NCBI GenBank assembly: GCA_964016885.1 | Contig: OZ024742.1 | Span: 339,388,001 to 339,452,000, forward strand | Length of the DNA stretch: 64,000 bases | DNA from: Eledone cirrhosa | Taxonomy: Eukaryota | Reading direction: 5' to 3' | In this document: one piece after another, positions 27,386 through 41,215 of the stretch | How the letters are laid out: each line of letters opens with the position of its first letter | How positions within the stretch are numbered: position 1 is the first letter of the stretch | The notes under the pieces: generated by a model | Told to the model about the DNA's origin: nothing | The model's database searches: none | The model's input: the letters and a program-made list of their open reading frames with translations, nothing else | Translations under genes and position numbers: made by a program

Positions 27386-27930
27386 AAATATATACATGTA
27401 GAAATGTTTACATACATACATGGTGGCTGCCAGCTCGTTTTCGAGTACGGCCACTACTTTATATCCAAGTAGGAGAACTCCTACCGATTCGCTGAACGAG
27501 TGTGACTTTTTAGTCCAGCCAGCGACTTGAAAACTCTGGTACAAACACTACACTTGTGACAATTATTGACACATAGTGCTGGGCCCATGGTACCATGTGA
27601 CGACAAGTGCAGAGAGATCTCCAGATATAAAGCAATGCCTGTGCCGTGAAGCTTTTATAGTGAGCAAAGGCACTGCACAAAGGCAGTCCCACTCTCTTAA
27701 CCAAGATGATATTTACCAAAAAGAAGAACAAGTCAACATCATTGGATACCATCAGAGTTGCAGGTGTTGTATCAGAGTTTTCCTTCTCCTAGAATTCTGC
27801 CTTGACAAAGGCTAAGGAGTCATCTCTCCCGGTGATTTTGGATGGCCATTGACTCTTAAGAGCTCCTTTGCCCTTTGACAGGTTTTGTTTTTAGTGCTGC
27901 AGGATGTCCAAAGTCACCATCCTCACCAAG

Positions 27931-28057
<127 letters not shown>

Positions 28058-28709
28058 TATATATATATATATATATATATATTTATTTATTAAAATAACA
28101 GATTAAAGTTTAAGCAAAGAATCGCTGCTTTCACCCTTTATGTATGTATATATATGTCGAGTCATTCTTGAGTGATACTGGTAACATGTAACCCAGTACA
28201 AGCTGTCGCATGGTCGGGTCGTCGGCGACTAAACCGGCAACCCCACCTGGTGAGGAGGGTGATTTGGGACACCCTGCAGGACAAAAAAAAAACCTGACAA
28301 AGGGCGGAAGAATTTATAAGAGTCAATGGCCATCCAAAAATCTGTGAATATGTATATACATATGTATGTATGCGTATATCTATATATGTATATGAATGTA
28401 TACATATATGTATATATGTATGGGGACATAGAAATAATCGGGCTGGATAACCGATTGCGCGGTTAAACCACTGGGTGTGAAGGTTTTGTCAGGGCATTCT
28501 TCTAGGAGAAGGCAACTCAGGAAACTGCGATAACTCCGACATAAAAGCTGCGGCTCAGGAGTTACCGATGATGTTGATCTTTTCTTCTTTTCGGGTTATA
28601 GCTACTGGCGGCCAGAGAGTGGGATTGGCTCAGTGCACAGTCTTTCCTCACTTAAAAAAAATATTCACACACAGGCATTGCACGAGAGAATTAATTAATA
28701 ATTATTCAA

Positions 28710-28925
28710 GGGCGGTGGATTGTCAGTATTGGTAGAGGGTCGGGCGTCATGCTTTGCAGCACAGAGTTACGGCCCTTTTTGATCTGAGTTCAAATCCCGC
28801 CGAGTTTAACGTTGCCTTTCATCCTTACGGGGTCGATAAAATAAAGTACCAGTCACGCACTGGGGTTGATTTAATCGACTTTCCCCGCCCCCAAAATTGC
28901 TGGCCTTGTGCGTATATAAGAAACC
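28710..28925 (+). mobile_element. tRNA-derived SINE with 19-bp target-site duplication
   Basis: B-box GAGTTCAAATCC; attaattaataattattca at 28690-28708 and 28926-28944; homologues elsewhere in the window. Confidence 0.88.
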
Positions 28926-28997
28926 ATTAATTAATAATTATTCATAATGCTATATCGTGCAATGGCCATACTCGATAACGAGGGGGCAGCCATCATA

Positions 28998-29081
<84 letters not shown>
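28998..29081. repeat. (TATC)n microsatellite, the target of the adjacent LINE
   Basis: Direct reading; the repeat resumes at ~34458. Confidence 0.95.
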
Positions 29082-29294
29082 AGACGTGTGTAACTTCGCG
29101 GAGAAGTTTCCGTTAATTTATTTAAGAAAAAAACGTTCAGTTAAATTTTATATTATTGTGTAACTTGACCCCCCGTCTGGACCTTCAGGTGGTGGGTCAA
29201 CACATTTTCGCCCCTACAGAGGCGAAATATTCGTTTGAAAAATTTTTTCTCCATCGAATTTTGGAAAATATCTCGTAAGAAGTTTGATTACGTT

Positions 29295-30473
29295 ATGAAC
29301 GCTGCGTTCAACGATAATGGTGGTGGAGAGTTGGTAATACTACAGAGCTCGCAGTCAACATCGTCTTCTTCCCTAGATACTATGGAGATGGAAAGACGAA
29401 ATGAAAATGTAAAAACAAATTCATATCCAAACAACACAAATGACACCAAACAGTTCAATGACAACAAAAATAACAACAACACCAATAATGATGATAAAAA
29501 CAACAATGACAACAACAACAAAGAAAAAAATAAAGACAACACCAATAACACCAGCATCAAAGACAACAACAACACCAACACCAACACCAAGGAAAATACG
29601 AATAATATCAACATCAGTGACAACAAGAATAACAACAATAATGACAACACCACCAACACGGATAATTCCACAAAGAAACCAAAAGTCTCCTTTGCACAGA
29701 TAGTTCAAAAAAAGGAGGAACTAACATATCTCGACATAACAAATGCCGAACAACTTTTAAAGGACGCTAGGAGATATGTCACTTTCGAAAAAAAGGGTGC
29801 TTTCAGCATCAATTCTCCGGTAGAAATTCGCAAGGAAGCTGCTCTCAAAGCGCTAGCTTTTAGGACAGTTTCCAATTCTACCCGAAAACCAGTCCAATTG
29901 TCACAGAAAGAAATTGAACTGGTTTTCAAAAATTCAATGAATGATATTGCATTCATTCAAAGAAGCAAACTTTTTGGGAGTATTTCGGTACTCATGAAGG
30001 ATCAATTGACGGCCCAAAATTACTCTGTGTCGCCAATTGTATCCAACCTGTATACCTTTTTCCCTACATACATGGGAAAAAGGACACAGAAGATTAAAAT
30101 CACGATTGTCACACCAAAGGTGAACATATGGTGGATACTGTGCGGCTTCATCAATTTTGATGAAGACAGAATACTGTCAGTAGGAAAGTCCCCCAGAGAT
30201 GTATTCAATGGGACTAGCATTGAAGTTCTGGTGCAAATGAGCCCAGAGCGAATAGCTATGATCCCACAACGTTTACTCCTGGACGGACTCATCTACATAA
30301 ACTTTTCGGTTGAGGGTAGGCGGCCTTCATGTTACCATTGCTTTAGCAGGGGTCACCTGAGGGCTTCCTGTCCTAAATTAATGAGTAAAAAAAGGCTCTT
30401 CTGCCGACACCCATCAAAACAACATAACCACCAACACCACCATAACAACAACAACACCAACACACAAAAATAA
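29295..30473 (+). CDS. LINE ORF1p with gag-like zinc knuckle; probably frameshifted near the A-run at ~30390
   Basis: VEGRRPSCYHCFSRGHLRASC; N/D/T-rich disordered N-terminus. Confidence 0.8.
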   Translation: MNAAFNDNGGGELVILQSSQSTSSSSLDTMEMERRNENVKTNSYPNNTNDTKQFNDNKNNNNTNNDDKNNNDNNNKEKNKDNTNNTSIKDNNNTNTNTKENTNNINISDNKNNNNNDNTTNTDNSTKKPKVSFAQIVQKKEELTYLDITNAEQLLKDARRYVTFEKKGAFSINSPVEIRKEAALKALAFRTVSNSTRKPVQLSQKEIELVFKNSMNDIAFIQRSKLFGSISVLMKDQLTAQNYSVSPIVSNLYTFFPTYMGKRTQKIKITIVTPKVNIWWILCGFINFDEDRILSVGKSPRDVFNGTSIEVLVQMSPERIAMIPQRLLLDGLIYINFSVEGRRPSCYHCFSRGHLRASCPKLMSKKRLFCRHPSKQHNHQHHHNNNNTNTQK

Positions 30474-30780
30474 CCACAACAAACACAGTCCCACCCAACC
30501 CCACTCCACCTAAAACCACTGCAAAATCACATACAGACACAACAGCTCCCCAAGACATACCCCTCCCCAATCACACAGACGATACAACAGATGAGGCTAT
30601 CTCGCCATCATCCAGTGAAGACGAGGGAGAACCCCATCGCTCGAAAAGAAAGAAAAGACATCACAAAAGCTAAAAACCAGCACATACAACCACCAACACA
30701 AACAACAAAAACATCACAAACAAAACCCCCACCTCCTGAAAACAAAATACCTACAACAAAACGAAAGCAAAATAGATCAA

Positions 30781-33700
30781 TTGAGAGTTGGCTGTTTGAA
30801 CGCGCGTGGCCTGGGCTCAGCTTGGAAGCAAGCAAAGCTTCTAAGTGACCTCAGGTCACAAAGTATAGATGTGATGGTTGTTTGCGAGAGTCGGATCAGC
30901 AGCGTGCGACAGCTGGCGCCCGCCTTCGATGACTTTGAGATGCACGCATCTCTCTGTCAACCCGGAGGCGGGGGGGGGGGGGGAGTTGCCGTACTGCTGG
31001 ATAAACGTCTGGCTCTCGACGTACAAATTGTTCACTCGGACCCGGGGGGTCGATTACTGGTGCTGGACGTCGGAGGCGGTGAAGGCGGGGCTTTCAGACT
31101 GGTCGGTCTTTATGCCCCCTTCGGGGCTGAAAGAGCCTACTTCTTCCAGCGTCTGGAGACTTTTCTAGGAACGTCGCGTTCCCTGCTTTTAGTGGAGGAC
31201 TGGAATGGAATCCTAGATGCGCGTTGGGACTATGCAGGGGCATGTCCCGACAGAGGGGGGGTGTAGCAGCCTCAAGGGGTTACTCGATCGATTCGACCTG
31301 GTCGATAGATTTCGACTAGATTGTCCAACTGCGCCAACCTGGACCTGGGCAAACCGCAGTGGGCAATCTAGATCGTACCTAGATAGGTTTTTGGTTAGGA
31401 GTAAGGATAGGGACGTATTTAGTTGTCCAGAATTGATCATGGTTGGCTATTCAGATCACAAATTAGTGACCTGCGTGGTCAACCTTGATAGAACGCATAG
31501 ACAGGGTCCCGGTTACTGGAAGATGAACTTGTCCTTACCGACAAAGAAAGATTACATGAACCGGATTAGTAGCTTAGTTAAGATGCAGTTGACGGGAGCG
31601 ATCGTCAACAGCAGGTGGTGGGTATCTCTAAAGAGAGAGATTAGAGTAAGTTCGATAGGTTACAGTAAGGAACTAGCGGCGAATAGAAATAGGAAGGAAA
31701 GGGAGTTAACAGATAAACTAGAAGAGGCGATTAGGAGCGGAGACGTGGCCAGAGTGTTTGCGGCGAGAACGGCGTTGAGCCAGTTCTTTGACGCGAAGCA
31801 CGAAGGCTGCGTTGTCCGAAGTAAAATACGTGCTTTAGGAAACGAGGGGACCAAAGCTGTTAGCTGGGCCCGCGTGACAGAAGCCAAGAGTGGGATTAAA
31901 TCCACCATTCGGTCTTTGCGAGACCAGGATGGACGGGTGATCCTTGAACCTGAGCAGATGTGCGAGGCCTTTCAAAGGCACTTTGCCCGACTGTTCGGAG
32001 AGGGCGGGGGGCCGGGGGCCGGACGGGGATGTGGACTTCGGTCCATACCTCGACCGTCTACCACGTCTTTCGAGCGGCGAAGCGGAGTGCTGCGAAAGGC
32101 CAATCACAGTCACTGAAATCGGGGAAGCGCTCAGCCAATGCAGCAGACGCAAATCTCCGGGTCTCGATGGTCTACCATACGAACTTTATTTAGCTATGCC
32201 GGTCTTGTTCTCCGAACTCCTCGAGGCTGTCTATTGCAACTGGCAACAGAACGGGAGAATTCCCTGTTCTGTGACCAAGGGCGTGGTCACGCTAGTGAGG
32301 AAGGACGAGAGCAAGGAGGACGACTTAAGTAACTTTAGGCCCATAACTCTGCTGAATGCAGAGTTACAGATTTAGGCCAAGGTGTTGGCGAAGAGGTTGG
32401 CGCTTGTGGTGGGTGGTTTGGTGGGAGACGCGCAGACATGCGCTATCCCGTCCAGGTCCATTCACGACAACCTCCACCTCATGCGATACATCATAGAGAG
32501 GGTTGGCAACGAACTCGGCTTTGGTGGGGCCCTGATCAACTTGGATCAATCTAAGGCGTTCGATAGGGTCGACCATGGTTACCTGGATGCGGTGCTAGCG
32601 GCGGCGGGCTTCGGACCCGTTTTCAGGGGCTGGATTTCTGCCATGCACAGTGGCAACATCTACTCTAGGATTAAAGTAAACGGCTACCTCTCGGAGCCGT
32701 TTCAAATCACCCGCTCCATCAGACAGGGGTGCCCCCTCTCCTCCCTTCTGTACGTATTGACTCTCGAGCCACTGCTGCGGAAGTTGGAGTTGCTGCGGGG
32801 CATACCCCTGGAACCGGGATTGCACAAAGCGGTCTCGGCCTATGCCGACGACGTAACAGTAATGGTGGCGGACGCCTCGGAAATCGGGGCGATCGCCACC
32901 CTACTGGAGGAATACGAAAGGCTGACGGGGGCTAGGCTGAACCGGGACAAGTCAGTCGGTTTGCAACTCGGAACGTGGAGGGGCAAACCGATGCCGTTAG
33001 ACGGTGTCGTCGGGCGGTGGACGGAGGGCCCGGTGAAGCTGCTCGGGGTCTGGTTCGGAGCGGACCTCCAGGTGGAGAAGAATTGGGGCGAGGTGACGAG
33101 CAGGGTGTTTGCGCTGACCCAGAAGTGGGCCAAGTGCAAACTATCACTGAAAGGTCGGGCGGAGGTGACGAACGCTTACATAGCGTCCGTCATCTACTAC
33201 CGCCTGACCGTCGTGCCTTGCCCCAAGGAAAAGCTCACCATCATGGAACGCATTCTCTTCCAGTTCCTCTGGAAGAAGCGGCCTCCCATGGTGAGGAGAT
33301 CCATCTACTGCCAGCACCCTTCGAAAGGAGGGCTGGGTATGCCGTGGCTGTTGATGCGTAGGCACGCATTGAGGCTACGGCATCTACAGGTATTCCTCAC
33401 CGGTCAGCCGGTGTGGGCCCCGTTTGTGAGGCGAGCCTTCCCAGAGCTCGTCTCGCTCACCGAGCTGCAATCCTGGGTGAAGCAAAGACCGAGAAAACTG
33501 TGCAACTGGCACACCGAGTGTGCCCAGGCGCTCACGGCTCTCTGGCAAGCGGACCCGACTGTCAGTGGAGAATCCACCTCGACATTCTATAGAGGGCTGG
33601 TGGCTAGCAGGGGCGACGACACCCTTGGAGAGTCGCTAGGCATGGAGGAGGATGAACTGGCCAGCCTGTTCGGTAGAACTTTCGGCCCGGGACCCATGGA

Positions 33701-34223
33701 CAACTTCCAGAGGTCCCTAGCCTGGCAGTGTTACCGGGGGGCTCTGCCCGTTCGAGAAAAGCTCTACAGACACGGGCGCCCGGGCAGGGATCCCGCGAAA
33801 AAGATCTGTCCCTGATGCGTGCGCGACGAGGAAACCGTTGCGCATGCACTGGTACACTGCCCGGGCGTTGCCGATCTGTGGGGCTATGTCGAACGACTGC
33901 TGTCGCGTGTGGCGCCGATTCGATTGACCGCCGAGTCTGTGGTGAACATCAAGCCGCCTCCTCCCTTCAGAAATGAAGCAGAGGCGGTCTTTCTGTGCGT
34001 AATAGCCACGATTAAAGAGGTTGTGTGGTGGACGCGCCTGAAAGGTCTGAGGTCGGGTGACTTTCTCTCCGGCCATCACCTGGTTTACTTTTTCCGATAC
34101 CACTTCGGAAGAAGGATCAGGATGGAGAGAGAAGTGCTTGGCCCCAGACAGTTTTATGAAAGGTGGGTGAAAGAAGCGAGAATGGTTCGTGTAAATGGGC
34201 CTTCTCTCTACATTGTTCTGTAG
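30781..34223 (+). pseudogene. LINE ORF2 (APE endonuclease, RT, C-terminal Zn finger) with frameshifts and stops
   Basis: CLNARGL, DWN, SYLDRF, SDH, KSPGLDG, NFRPITLLN, LDQSKAFDRV, IRQGCPLS, YADD, CP*C...ETVAHALVHC; breaks near 31260, ~32020, 32375 and 33815. Confidence 0.92.
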
Positions 34224-34479
34224 GTGAAGAAGTGAAGAGGAAAGGGGGAGCGCCTCTTCTCTGGGCTTCCCCCGCGAAAAGAGTTGCACACTTTTCGGGG
34301 GTATGTGCAATCCCTAACACGCCCCCTCCCTTTTGAGGACTTTTTATTATTATGTTATTCTCATTGTTATGCCTTTTTCTTTACTCGTATTTATGTAAAC
34401 TGCCCCCTGTGTATTTGTCCCTTTCTCTTGTGCCCTAGTGGCAAATAAATAGAAATTTATCTATCTGTCTTTAAGACAA

Positions 34480-34680
34480 CGGCCGACCTTGACCTGAAAA
34501 AGTTTGCGATAATTGCGACGGCAGCCGAGGATTCATCAACATCGTCATCATCAACATCATCAACATGATAACGCCTGCTTTCGTTAAACGATGATGGTGA
34601 CAACGACGACGACTATGGCGAGATGAATCCTCGGTTACGTCTGCTAATTCTCGCCGCTATCTCCAAGTCAAGGTCGACCG
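34480..34680. mobile_element. MITE-like imperfect palindrome
   Basis: cggccgaccttgac / gtcaaggtcgaccg and ccgaggattcatc / gatgaatcctcgg. Confidence 0.65.
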
Positions 34681-34874
34681 ATTATCTCAATCGTATGTCC
34701 GTTTCGACAAATGTAATTACATAGGCCAGCATTAATTACTGAAAGTAGACGACAGACGCAACACACGAGTGAAAGGAAGAACCTCATTGTTTTTAAGTTT
34801 TAGCTTTCATCGTACGTTTCTCAAATCGACTGTCCGCCATGATGAATCTGTATAGAAAATTCTTCACAGAAAAT

Positions 34875-36152
34875 CCCACACAAACACATAGACGCACACA
34901 CACACACTCATACACGCACACAAACACACACACGCCGCACACTAACACACATACATACACTCAATCAAATAAATATAAACATACAAATATATACATGCAC
35001 AGACACATACGTACGTACACACATACACACATAGAGACATATACATACACGTAAACACACACACATATATACATAAAACAAGCACATAGCACACTCACAC
35101 ACTCACTAGCGTACACACTCACAAACACACGCATACAAACGCAGCACACACACATACACACACATACATACACACACATACACACACATACATACACATA
35201 CACACACATACACATACATACACACATACATACACACACATACACACACATACATACACGCACACATAAACACACATACACACATACAATCACATATATA
35301 CACAAACATACACAAATACATACACACACATACATACACATGCACACATACATACACATACATACACACACATACACACATAGACCCACACACACACACA
35401 TACACACACATACACACACACATACACATACAACATACACACACATACACACATACACGCACACACACATACACATACACACATGCATACACAGCACACG
35501 CAGATACACACACATACACACATACATGTACACACATACATACACACATACACACATACACACATACATACACACATACACACACACATACACACATACA
35601 CACATACACATACACACATACACACACATACACATACACACATACACACACATATACAAAAAGAACGGAAGGAAACTTATCGTCTGTTCTTTTGATTTTC
35701 AAGATTTAACGATATCAATTGGTCTTAATTGTGAACAGAACCAGTAATTTATTCAAATGGCTTTTCCCGTTAGTAATGTCGTAATACACACACACATACA
35801 CACACATACACACAGACACACATACACGCAGGCATTCTCATATATATATACACACACGCGCACACACATATATATATGTATATATGTATATATGTATATA
35901 TATATACACACGCTCTCTCACACACACACACATATATATATATACACACGCACACATATATATATATATACACACGCACACACACGCATATATAGATATA
36001 CACAAACGCACACATACACACACACACACATATATATATACACAGACACACACACACACACGCAGATATATATATATATATACACAGACACACACACTCA
36101 TATATATATATATATACAGACATGCACACACACATACACATATATATATATA
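34875..36152. repeat. Degenerate (CA)n/(TACA)n/(TA)n low-complexity tract
   Basis: Direct reading. Confidence 0.95.
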
Positions 36153-36357
36153 TGTTGACTCAATATGATGCTTCATAATTTAGTCAAATTAATCCATTTA
36201 ATTTGGTCTAGAATTAAGTCTTTCAAGAACGGTGCAATCACAGTAATATATAATAACAAGAGTGTCAACTATAGGATAATGAAAGTATTAAACTAATGAG
36301 AGAGAAAAACGATAGGTAAACAATAGAAAATGGGAGAGGAAGAAAATTTAAATAATT

Positions 36358-36538
36358 GTTTCTACTTTTGGCACAAGGCCAGCAATTATGCCAGTGTATT
36401 ACTTTATTTTATCGACCCCGTAAGGATGAAAGGCAAAGTTAATCTCGGCGGGATTTGAATTCAGACCATAAAGGGCCGTAACTCTTTGCTGCAAAACATG
36501 GCGTCCGACCCTCTACCGATACTGCCAATCCACCGCTT
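36358..36538 (-). mobile_element. SINE of the same family as 28710-28925
   Basis: Reverse complement shares gcggtggattggcagtatcggtagag, gcctttcatccttacggggtcgataaaa and tgctggccttgtgc. Confidence 0.85.
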
Positions 36539-37199
36539 TAAATAAAGAAAAAAGGGGAAGGGAGGGAGTGGACAAACTCTTGGTTAGCTGGAGTGTCTCA
36601 GCTGGAGTGTCTCAGCTGGAGTGTCTCAGCTGGTCACCGCAAACGGACAAGATGGTGAAAGCAATTTCGTGGAGAACAGCCACCGACATTCACTGTATCA
36701 GAAGCCATTCTACTTGCACTCTTCCCGAATTTTCGAAGGAAAACTTGTCCGTGGACTACGGACCATGACGATGTCTGGCACGGAAACGAAGCGGTCGGTG
36801 AAACCACAGTGTTTGTTTAGCCACTTTTCCTCTACATTAACGAAAGCAGTCCTCGGGTTTGTGGCCACGGTGATAAGGCTGGAAGTAGAGAACGTCTGGT
36901 ATCTTGTGGTGTCCTAGAAAGGCTGTGTGTGGCGGGGGGGGGGGGATCCCGATTGAACACTTACCTCAACCATAGTCGACGACGACAGACTTCATTTGTG
37001 ACGAAAAACTAGTCACGTAACCAGGTCAAGGCTACTTGTGGTGATGTCAGTGAAAGTGGTGTGTCGGGGGGAGATGATCTGCACTGTTGTTGTTGTTGTT
37101 GTTGTTGTTGTTAGAGCTCACACTTATGCAGGTTTAGCTGGCTTCCTCCAAGGTATATCTCGTTGGAGGTGTCTTGGGTGATTTAATGATAGGGACCCC

Positions 37200-37354
37200 A
37201 GTCCCTATCATCTCATTTCTACAGCCGAGTAACCTGGAGCAACACGAAATAAAGTGTCTTGCTCAAGGAAACAACACATCACTCAGTCCGAGAATTGAAC
37301 TCACAACCTTTCGATTGCAAGCCCAATGCTCTAACCACTAAGCCATGCACCTTC
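37200..37354 (-). mobile_element. Second family of tRNA-derived SINE
   Basis: Minus strand A-box TGGCTTAGTGG and B-box GAGTTCAATTC, then ccttgagcaagacactt. Confidence 0.8.
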
Positions 37355-37844
37355 AATGTGGCAACAGGAGACTAGATGTAATCGGAACACATATACCATA
37401 GTTGCAGAACGACATTTGTATGACTGACACACGGGGAGGTCAAGGCGAGGAGTTACTCCGATACCGGTGGATTTATCATGAGTACGGTGGCCCGAAATCT
37501 CTGATGCTACTACACGCGGGTATCAAATAATCGTACCTCACCACCGCTTATTAATTTTCCAGATCTTCCAAGCCCCTCTTATTCCTCCACCCTTTTATTA
37601 AATATTGCTAATCTATCTCCGGCAAAATTTAATTTTAAGTAGTAGCATTACTGCGACAATTAATTTTCTTTAGACATTAAAAAACATTACATATAACAAA
37701 AAAAACAAAACAAAACAAAAAAAATTTACAAAATAAATAGGATGGGTTGGGGTCTCAATATGTGAACTAAACGACTAATTCTGGTTTTATAAATATCAAC
37801 GGCGACATCCGAGAAAATTTACCGATTTTCCAATCACCCCGCTT

Positions 37845-39527
37845 ATTCCACCCCCACTTATCCGCCCTACTTATTCCACCCCCCACTTAATCCCCCTACT
37901 TAATCCACCCCCACTTATAACCCCTACTTATTCCACCCCCCAATTATCCCCCCTAATTATTCCACCCCCACTTAAACCCCCCACTTATACCCCTACTTAT
38001 TCCACCCCTACTTATCCCCCCTAATTAGTCCACCCCCACTTATCCCCTCTACTTATTCCACCCCACTTATCCCCCTACTTATTCCACCTCTCTTATCCTC
38101 CCTAATTATTCCACCCCTACTTAGCTCCCCTACTTATTCCACCTCCACTTATCCCCCTACTTATTCCACCCCCACTTATCCTCTCTACTTATTCCACCCC
38201 CACTTAACCCCCCTACTTATTCTACCCCCACTTATCCCCATACTTATTCCACCTCCACTTATCCTCCTACTTATTCCACCTCTCTTATCCTCCCTAATTA
38301 TTCCACCCCCACTTATCCCCCCCTACTTATTCCACCCCCCTCTTATCCTCCCTACTTATTCCAGCCACAACTTATCTCCCCTAATTATTCCACCCCTACT
38401 TATGGCCCCCTACTTATTCCACCCTCACTTATTCCTCCTACTTAATCCACCCCCTCTTATCCTCCCTACTTATTCCACCCCCACTTATCCCCCTACTTAT
38501 TCCACCCCCACTTATCCCCCTACTTATTCCACCCCCACTTATCCCCCCTACTTATTCCACCCCACTTACCCCCCTAAAAATTCCACCTCACTTATCCTCC
38601 CTACTTATTCCACCCCCACTTATCTCCCCTACTTATTCCACCCTCCACTTATCCACTTACTTATTCCACCCCCTACTTATTACGCCCCCATTTATCCCCC
38701 TACTTATTCTACCCCCACTTATCCGCCTACTTATTCTACCCCCACTTATCTCCCCTACTTATTCTATCCCCACTTATCCCCCTACCTATTCCACTCCCCC
38801 ACTTATCCCCCCTACTTATTCCACCCCCACATATCCCCACACTTATTCCACCCCACTTATCCTCCCTACTTATTCCACCCCCACTTATCCCCCTACTTAT
38901 CTCCCCTACTTATTCTACCCCCACTTATCTCCCCTACTTATTCCACCCCCACTTATCCTCCCTACTTATTCCACTCCCCCACTTATCCCCCTACTTATTC
39001 AACCCCCCCACTTATGCCCCTACTTATTCCACTCCCCCACTTAGCCCCCCTACTTATTCCACTACCCCACTTATCCCCCTACTTATTCCACCCCCATTTA
39101 TCCCCCTACTTATTCCACTCCCCCACTTATCCCCCCTACTTATTCCACCCCCCATTTATCCTCCTACTTATTCCATTCTCCCACTTATCCCCCCTACTTA
39201 TTCCACTCCCCACTTATCCTCCTAACTTATTCCACTCCCCCACTTATCCCCCCTAGTTATTCCACCCCACTTATCCCCCCTACTTATTCCACCCCCACTT
39301 ATCCCCCCTACTTATTCCACTCCCCCACTTATCCCCCTACTTATCCCCCCTACTTATTCCACTCCCCCACTTATCCCCCCTACTTATCCCCCCTACTTAT
39401 TCCACTCCCCCACTTATCCCCCCTACTTATTCCACTCCCCCACTTATCCCCCCTACTTATCCCCCCTACTTATTCCACTCCCCCACTTATCCCCCCTACA
39501 TATTCCACCCCCCACTTATCCCCCCGC
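37845..39527. repeat. Minisatellite, ~26-bp unit ccccacttatccccctacttattcca (two ~13-bp subunits)
   Basis: Direct reading. Confidence 0.95.
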
Positions 39528-39799
39528 TATTATTTGGGACCTGAGACTAATTGTAATTGTTGTAGCTGTTGTTGTTTTGATCAAGTAGACTTCTGTTTAG
39601 AACAGTTTCTCACAGTCTTCACCGTTGTTTCATCTCTTTACCTTTCTTTCTTTTCTCAGATATAAATGGGTCTTTCGTCGGTTTCGAAGATGAGCAGTCA
39701 GCTATTCCATTAACAGAACTCACCCGACTCATTAAATTACGGTTGGAATTGGCTCAATATTTAATGTAATCAGCTTTTGAAAACTATAATGTTGCTAGC

Positions 39800-39908
39800 T
39801 GTTGTTGTTGTTGTTGTTGTCGCTGTTGTTGTTGTCATTGTTGTTGTCATTGTTGTTGTCATTGTTGTTGTCATTGTCGTCGTCGTCGTAGTAGTAGCAG
39901 TAGTAAGC

Positions 39909-39949
<41 letters not shown>

Positions 39950-40061
39950 CAGTAATAGCAGCAACAGTAGTAGTAGTAGTTGCAACTGCAGCAGCAGTAG
40001 TAGATGTTTTAGTAGTAGCAGTAGTAGTAGTAACAGTAGTAGTAGTAGTAGTAGTAGCAGC

Positions 40062-40092
<31 letters not shown>

Positions 40093-40103
40093 CTAGTAGC
40101 AGC

Positions 40104-40144
<41 letters not shown>

Positions 40145-40322
40145 CAGCAGTAATAGCAGCAGCAGCAGTAGTAGTAGTAGTAGTTGCAACAGCAGCAGCA
40201 GTAGTAGAAGTAGCAGCAGCAGTAGTAGTAGTAGTAGTAATAGTAGTAGTAGTAGTAGTAGTAGTTGCAGCAGCAACAGTAGTAGTAGCAGCAGTAGTAG
40301 TAGTAGTAGTAGCAGCAGCAGC

Positions 40323-40361
<39 letters not shown>

Positions 40362-40490
40362 TGCAGTAGCAGCAGTAGTAGTGGTAATAGTAGTTGCAGC
40401 AGCAGCAGTAGTAGTAGTAGTAGTAGTAGCAGTAGTAGTAGTAGTAATAGTAGTAGTAGTAGTAGTAGTACTAGTAGCAGCAGTAGCAGC

Positions 40491-40537
<47 letters not shown>

Positions 40538-40660
40538 CAGCAGTAGTAGTAGTAGTAGTAGTAGTAGTAGCAGCGGTAATAGCAGCAGCAGCAGTAGTAG
40601 TAGTAGTTGCAACAGCAGCAGCAGTAGTAGAAGTAGCAGCAGTAGTAGTAGTAGTAGTAA

Positions 40661-40703
<43 letters not shown>

Positions 40704-40742
40704 TGCAGCAGCAACAGTAGTAGTAGAAGTAGCAGCAGCAGC

Positions 40743-40790
<48 letters not shown>

Positions 40791-40862
40791 TGCAACAGCA
40801 GCAGCAGTAGTAGAAGTAGCAGCAGCAGCAGTAGTAGTAGTAGTAGTAGTAGCAGCAGCAGC

Positions 40863-40894
<32 letters not shown>

Positions 40895-40973
40895 CAGTAG
40901 TAGTAGTAGTAATAGTAGTAGTAGTAGTAGTAATAGTAGTAGTAGTAGTAGCAGCAGCAGCAGCAGCATCAGC

Positions 40974-41011
<38 letters not shown>

Positions 41012-41090
41012 CAGCAGCAGTAGTAGTGGTAGTAGTAGTTGTAGCAGCAGCAGTAGTAGTGGTTGTCGTAGTAGAAGTTGCTGTAGTTGC
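39800..41090. repeat. (GTT)n followed by (AGT/AGC)n trinucleotide tract
   Basis: Direct reading. Confidence 0.97.
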
Positions 41091-41215
41091 TATTTAGCCC
41101 TAGGTTATAGGTCAAATCAAGCAGAAAGAAGATGAAAGAAGTTTCTTCTCTCTTCTTTTCTCTTCCTATCCGGACACTGATGGTTGAACACAACATGGCT
41201 GAGAGGAGTGCCTGT

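Larger units (their letters stand above)
29082..34457 (+). mobile_element. Near full-length Tx1/L1-clade LINE, decayed
   Basis: 5' UTR, ORF1 with CCHC knuckle, ORF2 APE-RT-Zn finger, T-rich 3' UTR with AATAAA. Confidence 0.92.

Noticed and set aside
37280-37354. tRNA gene
   Set aside because: A and B boxes are present but there is no intact cloverleaf and it continues into a SINE body.
39590-39790. Possible minus-strand exon (SRVSSVNGIADCSSSKPTKDPFISEKRKK)
   Set aside because: In-frame stop just upstream and no convincing acceptor.
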